64,000 bases of DNA from Acidobacteriota bacterium (GTDB taxonomy: Bacteria; Acidobacteriota; UBA890; WLXD01). The stretch spans positions 5,088,001 through 5,152,000 of the forward strand of contig CBDFKD010000002.1 in the NCBI GenBank assembly GCA_965248695.1. Reading direction: 5' to 3'. Position numbers and translations under genes: made by a program. Below are positions 57,622 to 64,000 of the stretch, piece by piece. The notes under the pieces were generated by a model that did no database searches, was not told the DNA's origin, and saw nothing but the letters and a program-made list of their open reading frames with translations. The stretch's first letter is position 1; each line of letters starts with the position of its first letter.

Positions 57622-58923
57622 TCAGCCCATCTGTCGCGGCAACCAGAGCGCCAGCTCCGGGAAGGCGATCAACAGGGCCAGGACCACCAGGACGCCGGCC
57701 ACGAAGGGGGCGACGCCGAGGAAGATCTCGCCCATCGGGACCTCGGGCGCCACGCGTCGCATGACGAAGACGTTGGCGCCGATCGGCGGTGTCACCAGGG
57801 CGAGCTCCGCCATGATCACCGCGAAGACGCCGAACCAAATGAGGTCGATCCCGAGCTCCTCGATCACCGGCACCACGAACGGGATGGTCAGCACCAGCAT
57901 GCCGAAAACGTCGAGCATAGCGCCAAGGATCAGGAACAACACGACCAGCAAGAGCAGGAACGAGACACGCCCGAGCTCCATGCTGACAAGGAAATTGACA
58001 ATGTCCTGGGTCAGTCCGGTGACGGCCAGGAAGCGCGCCATCAGGTAGCCGCCCATGATGATGGCGAAGATCATCGAGGCGATGAGGGCGGTACTGCGGA
58101 GGCCGCGCGAAATCGCTTCGACGTTTAGCTTGCGGAGCAATCCGGCGGCGACGATCACCCCGGTGCAGCCGATGCCGGCGGCCTCGGTCGGCGTGAAGAT
58201 TCCGGCGTAGATTCCGCCGATGACCAGAAAGAAGAGGCTGCCGATAGGCGCCAGGCGGCTGACGGCGCCTAGCCGCTCGGACCAGGTCGAGGGTGGGCCC
58301 TTGGGTCCGAGCTCGGGCCGCAGCAGGCAGCGGACCAGAATGATCGCCGAGAAGGTCAGCGCGGTGAGGATTCCTGGAACGATGCCGGCGACGAACAGGC
58401 CGCCGATCGAGGTCTCGGTCATCACCCCGTAGAAGATGAAGATGACGCTCGGAGGAATGAGGATTCCGAGCGTCCCTGATGCAGCCAGTGCGCCGGTCGC
58501 CAGGCGGGCGTTGTAGCCGTGGCGCCTCATCTCAGGCATGACGATCGACCCCATGGTAGCGACCGTGGCGATGCTCGAACCGGTTACCGCGCCGAAGCCG
58601 GCGCAGGCGAGAACGGAGGTAATCGCCAGGCCGCCAGGCACCCGGCCAATCCACTTCTGCACGCCGTCGTAGAGATCGGCGGCGAGGCCGGTATGGAACA
58701 CCAGCTGCCCCATGAGCACGAACAGCGGGATCGTCACGATCACGAAGCTGCGGCCCTCGTCCCACGGGATCAAAGCGACGTGCGCGATGGTGGCGGAGGC
58801 GCCCTCGAGCACCCAGAGCCCGACGACCCCGGTCACCGCCATGGCCAGCGCAATCGGTACTCCTACGATTAGCAGCACCAGCAGAAGCGCGACCCCGAGT
58901 AGACCGACGATCGTTACATCCAA
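57622..58923 (-). CDS. dctM: TRAP transporter large permease
   Basis: IPLFVLMG, GSSIAT, GTLGILIPPS, FTPTEAA, TPPIG. Confidence 0.95.
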   Translation of the reverse strand: MDVTIVGLLGVALLLVLLIVGVPIALAMAVTGVVGLWVLEGASATIAHVALIPWDEGRSFVIVTIPLFVLMGQLVFHTGLAADLYDGVQKWIGRVPGGLAITSVLACAGFGAVTGSSIATVATMGSIVMPEMRRHGYNARLATGALAASGTLGILIPPSVIFIFYGVMTETSIGGLFVAGIVPGILTALTFSAIILVRCLLRPELGPKGPPSTWSERLGAVSRLAPIGSLFFLVIGGIYAGIFTPTEAAGIGCTGVIVAAGLLRKLNVEAISRGLRSTALIASMIFAIIMGGYLMARFLAVTGLTQDIVNFLVSMELGRVSFLLLLVVLFLILGAMLDVFGMLVLTIPFVVPVIEELGIDLIWFGVFAVIMAELALVTPPIGANVFVMRRVAPEVPMGEIFLGVAPFVAGVLVVLALLIAFPELALWLPRQMG

Positions 58924-59420
58924 TCGCTCTCGGCCTCCCCGTCCGCCGGTTCGCCCTCAGGGTTGGACAGCAGCCGCGCCACGAACACGAGGCTGGAGAC
59001 GCCCATGAACGCCATGAAGGGCCACAAAGGCAACATCAGGTCTTCACCGGTTTCCCAGGTGATTGCCATGTAGGGCACGAAGCGAATGCTCTGTGCGGTC
59101 AGCGCCCCGAATACGATGATCCCGGAGAGGGCAGACAGCAGATCGGCCAGCTGTCTCCGGCGTCCCGTGAGCCGTGCGTGAACCAGCTCCATGCGGATGT
59201 GGAAGCCGCGGTCCCAGGCGTGTGGCAGCGCTCCGAACAGCGAGATCAGCAGCAGGATCCCGTTGGCGTCGCGGCTCCAACGCAGTGGGGCGTTGAACAG
59301 GTAGCGCAGCATCACGTCGACGGTGACCAGGACAACCAACGCCGGCAGGCCGCCGTAGACACCGATCCGGTAGAGCCAGATCGAGGCGAGGGCCGACCAG
59401 CGGTCCGTCAGCGCCAGCAT
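58914..59420 (-). CDS. dctQ: TRAP transporter small permease
   Basis: DVMLRYLFNAPLRW, HIRMEL; 4 TM. Confidence 0.9.
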   Translation of the reverse strand: MLALTDRWSALASIWLYRIGVYGGLPALVVLVTVDVMLRYLFNAPLRWSRDANGILLLISLFGALPHAWDRGFHIRMELVHARLTGRRRQLADLLSALSGIIVFGALTAQSIRFVPYMAITWETGEDLMLPLWPFMAFMGVSSLVFVARLLSNPEGEPADGEAESDWM

Positions 59421-59441
59421 GAGCAACCTCCGTCGCCGCGA

Positions 59442-60599
59442 TCAGAAGTCAATGATCCCCTCGACGGGATGGTCGGTGACCCGCTGCAGAATCTCGGCGT
59501 CGGTCAGGTGAGCGTACTGCGCCGCCACCTGCTCCAGATCGTCAACGACCGCGCGTGCCGGCAATCCCAGTGCCTCGTTCTCGGCGATGAAGCGCTCCTT
59601 GAGTGGCACCAGGCGCTGTCGCCAGCGCTGCGTCTCCTCTTCGCCCAGATCGATCAATTCCACCCCGGCGTCGAGGATCGTCGCCATCGCACGGTCGGCG
59701 CGCGGCCCCGAGTAGTAGTTCTGCGAGGCCATCTGACTGCGGATTCGCAGCAGGCGGTAGAAGTCGCCTTTGACGTCGTCCGGAAGGGCGTCAAAGGTGG
59801 TGCGGTTGAGGCAGTACTGCAGCGCCAGCATGTTGACGTCGACGCGGGTGAAGGCGTTGCCGATCTCGTAGAGGCGATAGGTCGCCATGTCGGGAGCACC
59901 GAGGGCGACAGCATCCAGGATGCCGCGCTGGAATGCAGTGTAGGTTTCGCCGGCGGCCATCACGACAGGCACCACTCCGAGCTCCTCGAAGATCTGTGCC
60001 GTCAGGCCGCCGGTGACGCGCATCTTGATGCCCTGCATGTCCTCGAGGCGGCGGATCGGTCGTCTGGAGATGATGTTGTAGGGGCTGGTGGTGTCGTAGT
60101 GCGCCAGATACACCCCCATGCGCTCGTACTCGGCCTTGAAGTGCTTCGGGTAGAGCTCTTCGGACACCAGCGATCCGACCGGGGGACTGCTGAACAGGAA
60201 CGGCAGCTGTAAGGCGTGCAGCAGCTGGAAGCTGCCGGGCTGATACCCGGCGTAGCCGTGGGTGTAGTCGGAGATGCCGGTCACCGCGGCCTTGAAGCCA
60301 TCGAGCGGACCGTGGAGAAGCTTGTCCATGTACTCCTGCAGGCGGAGCCGATCGCCCATCTCGTCCGCAACCAGCTTCTGGAAGGGGATGAAGCCCTCCG
60401 TGTACAAGCCGTGCGAGCGTGGAACATGCGACGTGTAGCGGATCGTGAACGGCGCTTCCGCGCTGCTTCGCTGGCCACGCAGGAATGGCGCGGCGACCGC
60501 TACGCCGGCGGCTGACATCAGGAGCTTTCGGCGCGTCCAATCCGAATCTACGGACGGCTCCTCAGCCGTCTGCGCCTGGCTCGTCGGGTCATCGTGCAT
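59442..60599 (-). CDS. dctP: TRAP substrate-binding protein with a Tat-like signal
   Basis: TRRKLL signal; LPFLF, DMQGIKMR, ETYTAFQRGILD. Confidence 0.9.
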   Translation of the reverse strand: MHDDPTSQAQTAEEPSVDSDWTRRKLLMSAAGVAVAAPFLRGQRSSAEAPFTIRYTSHVPRSHGLYTEGFIPFQKLVADEMGDRLRLQEYMDKLLHGPLDGFKAAVTGISDYTHGYAGYQPGSFQLLHALQLPFLFSSPPVGSLVSEELYPKHFKAEYERMGVYLAHYDTTSPYNIISRRPIRRLEDMQGIKMRVTGGLTAQIFEELGVVPVVMAAGETYTAFQRGILDAVALGAPDMATYRLYEIGNAFTRVDVNMLALQYCLNRTTFDALPDDVKGDFYRLLRIRSQMASQNYYSGPRADRAMATILDAGVELIDLGEEETQRWRQRLVPLKERFIAENEALGLPARAVVDDLEQVAAQYAHLTDAEILQRVTDHPVEGIIDF

Positions 60600-60663
60600 G
60601 GCGGGCAACGTTCGCACCGATCGGGCGGCGCTGTCAAAGGGCTGGATACCAGCGCTGAGTCCT

Positions 60664-61428
60664 CTACTCGTGTTTCCACTGACTGCAGAAGCCACCGGTA
60701 GTCTCTGCACCGTCCATCACGTAAACGTGGCCGGTGGCGAACGCGGCATCGTCGGAGGCGAGGAAAGCGAACAGCGCCGCGATCTCCTCGGGCTTCGCGT
60801 GCCGGCCTAGGGGAATCTTGCGGTTCACCGCGTCGAGCATGGCGTCGCTGTACTCTGCGCGCTGCATCGGCGTCAGCACGTAGCCCGGCGATATGGCGCT
60901 GACGCGAACGGTCGGCGCGAGCTCGAGCGCCATCGACTGAGTCAGCGCGATCACCCCGCCCTTGCTGGCGTTGTAGTCGGCGTAGTGGGGGTAGCCGGTG
61001 CTACCACCGGTGGAAGCCGTGTTGACGATCACGCCTGCGCCGCGCTCCATCATGTGACGGGCAGCCGTTTGCGCCACCAAGAACACGCCCTTCAGGTTCA
61101 CGCCCAGTACCTCGTCCCACTCCTCGGGGGTGATGTCGAGGAAATCGTGCCGGATGCTGATGCCGGCGTTGTTGATCAGGACGTCCACCGACCCCATACG
61201 CTCGATCGCCTGCTCGAACGCCGCCTCCACCTGCTCCAGCTTGGAGACGTCAGCGTCTATCACCCCCGAGAGCGCAGGTAGCTCCGTGGCGACGCGATCC
61301 CGTGCCTCGGCGCTTCGATCGAGCACGCAAACGTTGCAACCCTCTTCCAGAAACCGGGTGGCGGTGGCCTGGCCGATGCCGCTCGCCCCACCGGTCACCA
61401 CAATGTTCTTGCCCTTCAACCCTCTCAT
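60664..61428 (-). CDS. Short-chain dehydrogenase/reductase
   Basis: TGGASGIG, NNAG, YNASK. Confidence 0.93.
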   Translation of the reverse strand: MRGLKGKNIVVTGGASGIGQATATRFLEEGCNVCVLDRSAEARDRVATELPALSGVIDADVSKLEQVEAAFEQAIERMGSVDVLINNAGISIRHDFLDITPEEWDEVLGVNLKGVFLVAQTAARHMMERGAGVIVNTASTGGSTGYPHYADYNASKGGVIALTQSMALELAPTVRVSAISPGYVLTPMQRAEYSDAMLDAVNRKIPLGRHAKPEEIAALFAFLASDDAAFATGHVYVMDGAETTGGFCSQWKHE

Positions 61429-61450
61429 CGAGCGCTCTCCTGTCGACGGT

Positions 61451-63649
61451 TCAATCGGTGGGCTCGAAGAATGACACGGCGATCTCGTCGGCGAGGGCGC
61501 TCGGATCTCGTCCCGCCAGGTTGGTCAACACGATGACCGTCAGGCGGATCTCCGGATAGCGAAGGATGACGGTGCGGAAGCCCACCCAGGATCCTCCGTG
61601 CGAGATGCGCCGATGCCCACGGTGGGAATCGACGCCCCATCCGAACCCATAGCCGAACGTACTGCCGTCGTTCAGGACTCCCGAGGTAAACGCCTCGTCC
61701 AGTGACGTTTGACTGACCAGCTGATCGGTGTACAGAGCCTGATCCCAGCGAAGCAGATCTTCAACGGTTGAGAAGACGCCGCCGGCGCCGACGATGGAGT
61801 TCAGCATGTGATCGTCGTTGATCTCGAACTCGTCGCCGGCGCGGGAGTGGCCGAGGGCGCGGTTGTCGATCTGCGGCACCGTGTCGCCCGGTTGCGGTGG
61901 CCAGCTGCCGGCGTAGTCAGGAACGAACGATCGGGTCATTCCGAGCGGCGAGAAGATGCGCGCGTCGACGAACTCGCGGAACGATTGGCCCGAAACCCGC
62001 GCCACCAGGGCCGCGAGGGTGTCGTATCCCGGATTGCTGTATTGGTATCGGTCTCCCGGCGCAAACTGCGCTTCTCCCCAGTCGACGAACAACGAAACGG
62101 CTTCTTCATTGCCGGGTCGCTTTCCGGCGAAGCGCTGCTCGAGCTCGTCGTAGTACTCCGGGAGTCCGCCCGTGTGGACCAGGAGGTGACGGATGGTGAT
62201 GTCCGGGAATCGGCGCAGTGCGGGCAGATGCTCGGCCACTGCGTCGTCCAGGCCGATCTCGCCGTCCTCGGCCAGCATCATGACCGCCATCGAGACGAAC
62301 TGTTTCGACACGGAGCCGAGCCGGAAGTTCGTGTCGGCGTCGATCGGCGCGCCTGTTGCCACGTCAGCGAGCCCGTAGCCACCGCTGTAAAGAACCTCAC
62401 CGTTGCGCGCCACGAGGACGGACGCTCCAGGTTGGTCGCCCCGGTCCATGAAGCCCAGGACGTTGTCGACCCGCTCCTCCGCAAAAAGCGGATCGAGGTA
62501 AATGTCCGTGATCGGATCGATGAACTCACCGCTGTCGAAATCGGCGCGGTTGGACAGCAGAACGATGCTGAACTGGGCGTCCGGATGGCGGGCTATGGCG
62601 GTGCGGAAGCCGACCCAGCTGCCGCCGTGAGAGATGCGGCGGTGGCCCTGATACGCATCGATCCGCCAGCCGAACCCGTATCCGATGTCTTCGAAGCGGT
62701 TGTTGTGGGCCGGCGTAAACGCCGCCTTCAGCGTCGCGTGGCTCACCAGTTGCTCGGTGTAGAGCGCCTGATCCCACCGGTACATGTCCTGCAAGCTGGC
62801 GTAGATACCGCCCGCGCCCATCATGTAGTTCATGAGGTGGTCGTCGTTGAGCTCGAAGTCGTCGCCGGCGGGTGAGTACCCGAATGCCCGGTTCGGGATT
62901 ACCTTGCCCGGATCGTCCCAGGCGATCGCGCCGTGCATCTCGAGGGGATCGAAGATGTTGCTTGCCACGAAGTCGGCGAATGGCTCGGCTGCCACTCGCT
63001 GCACGATGAGGGCCAGCACCTCGTAGCCCGTATTGCTGTACTCGTAGCGCTCTCCCGGCTCGAAAACCGGCTTTCCCCAGTCTGGCCAGACCTCGGCACC
63101 GTCCTCGTTGTTCGGCGGCCGACCGACGACGTGTTCCTCGAGCGCCGGATAGTAGTTCGGTAGTCCACCGGTGTGGTTCATGAGGTTGCGGACGGTGATC
63201 TCATCGCCATACCGCGCCGAAATCTCCGGCACGTACTTGGAAACCGGATCGTCGTAGTCGAGCAACCCACGCTCCGCCAGCAGCATGGCGGTCATACAGA
63301 CGAATTGCTTGGTGACGGAACCCAGCCGTACGGAGGTGTCGGGCGCCAGGGCGACCTGATCGGCGACATCGGCATAGCCGTATCCCGCCTCGTGCACCAC
63401 CTCGCCATTGTGAATCACCATGGCCGCCACGCCGGGCTGGACACCGTCCGTGAATCGAGCGAACAACGCGTCGACGCGCGCCGATCGATCGGCATCCGTT
63501 TCGGCCACCGGCACGTTGGCAACACAGCCGGTTGCCAGGACGACCGCCGCGGCTACGGAAAGGGCGCTGTACAGCGCCCGCCCGGCCGCATCAGGCGCGG
63601 AGGCGGCGGCGGCGAAGCGCCGCGTACTCGTGTTCTCGGCGTTGGTCAT
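61451..63649 (-). CDS. Lipoprotein with two tandem serine-hydrolase (beta-lactamase class C-like) domains
   Basis: LATGC lipobox; SVTK/YSN/HGGS followed by SVSK/YSN/HGGS. Confidence 0.88.
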   Translation of the reverse strand: MTNAENTSTRRFAAAASAPDAAGRALYSALSVAAAVVLATGCVANVPVAETDADRSARVDALFARFTDGVQPGVAAMVIHNGEVVHEAGYGYADVADQVALAPDTSVRLGSVTKQFVCMTAMLLAERGLLDYDDPVSKYVPEISARYGDEITVRNLMNHTGGLPNYYPALEEHVVGRPPNNEDGAEVWPDWGKPVFEPGERYEYSNTGYEVLALIVQRVAAEPFADFVASNIFDPLEMHGAIAWDDPGKVIPNRAFGYSPAGDDFELNDDHLMNYMMGAGGIYASLQDMYRWDQALYTEQLVSHATLKAAFTPAHNNRFEDIGYGFGWRIDAYQGHRRISHGGSWVGFRTAIARHPDAQFSIVLLSNRADFDSGEFIDPITDIYLDPLFAEERVDNVLGFMDRGDQPGASVLVARNGEVLYSGGYGLADVATGAPIDADTNFRLGSVSKQFVSMAVMMLAEDGEIGLDDAVAEHLPALRRFPDITIRHLLVHTGGLPEYYDELEQRFAGKRPGNEEAVSLFVDWGEAQFAPGDRYQYSNPGYDTLAALVARVSGQSFREFVDARIFSPLGMTRSFVPDYAGSWPPQPGDTVPQIDNRALGHSRAGDEFEINDDHMLNSIVGAGGVFSTVEDLLRWDQALYTDQLVSQTSLDEAFTSGVLNDGSTFGYGFGWGVDSHRGHRRISHGGSWVGFRTVILRYPEIRLTVIVLTNLAGRDPSALADEIAVSFFEPTD

Positions 63650-63666
63650 GGCACTGCTCCTGGTCG

Positions 63667-64000
63667 TCAGATGTCCTTCGCCAGACACACGCTGAGTGCC
63701 GACGTAGAGTATTCGCCGAACCGGGCGACGCGTCGGAAGCCGACGCGCTCATACAGCGCCAGGGCGGCATCTTGGCGTTCGCCGGTCTCCAGCAGGATCC
63801 GACCGACGGCCAGATCGTGCGCTTTTGCCTCGAGCGCACGCAGCAGCTGGCGACCGATCCCACGGCCGCGCGCGTCGTCCGACACGTACATTCGCTTGAT
63901 CTCGGCCGTACCGGCGTCGAGTCTGCGAATGGAGCCACAGCCGACCGGCCGCTCCGCGGCGTATGCCACGAACAGCGCGCCGCGGCCTGCTGCGATCTCT
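63667..64000 (-). CDS. GNAT N-acetyltransferase (5' end outside window)
   Basis: EIKRMYV..ARGRGIG, LETG.RQ..ALALYE. Confidence 0.88.
   Translation of the reverse strand, partial: EIAAGRGALFVAYAAERPVGCGSIRRLDAGTAEIKRMYVSDDARGRGIGRQLLRALEAKAHDLAVGRILLETGERQDAALALYERVGFRRVARFGEYSTSALSVCLAKDI

Overview
GC-rich bacterial chromosomal window. Gene order and a short PheT lacking the B2 domain suggest an Acidobacteria-like, probably marine lineage (inference). 1-11.8 kb, minus strand: housekeeping block tRNA-Val(GAC)-thrS-infC(ATT start)-rpmI-rplT-pheS-pheT-zapB-like-zapA-rny-ymdB-xseA-xseB. The pheS/pheT junction is split by two nested ~280-bp non-coding elements bounded by terminal inverted repeats (TIRs) and flanked by CTAG; a second copy of the inner element lies at 42.7 kb. 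11.8-19 kb: BioY-like protein, orphan ParA, a PQQ-type beta-propeller with an inserted membrane domain, GST and an S9 peptidase. 19.2-48 kb: a methylated-amine/betaine catabolic island with soxBDAG (Mgd-like), a glutamine-synthetase-family ligase, mgsABC-like genes, an uncharacterised 136-aa protein plus an atypical acyl-CoA-dehydrogenase-fold protein, TMAO demethylase Tdm, a DAO-family oxidoreductase, Amt, GmaS/GlnT, split aconitase X, BetB, a StcD-like flavoenzyme, and remnants of a GbcA-type Rieske demethylase and a HalD/BesD-like oxygenase. No tmm or dmmABC gene is present in the window, so the unexplained genes are candidates for an undescribed trimethylamine (TMA)/dimethylamine (DMA) step. 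48-54.5 kb: decayed zone with two nested IS3-family elements, a truncated CocE/NonD hydrolase and several pseudogenes. 54.6-64 kb: LVIVD-repeat protein, Tat-signal ankyrin protein, TRAP transporter, SDR, tandem double serine hydrolase and a GNAT. All calls are from reading the sequence and motifs; no database searches were run.
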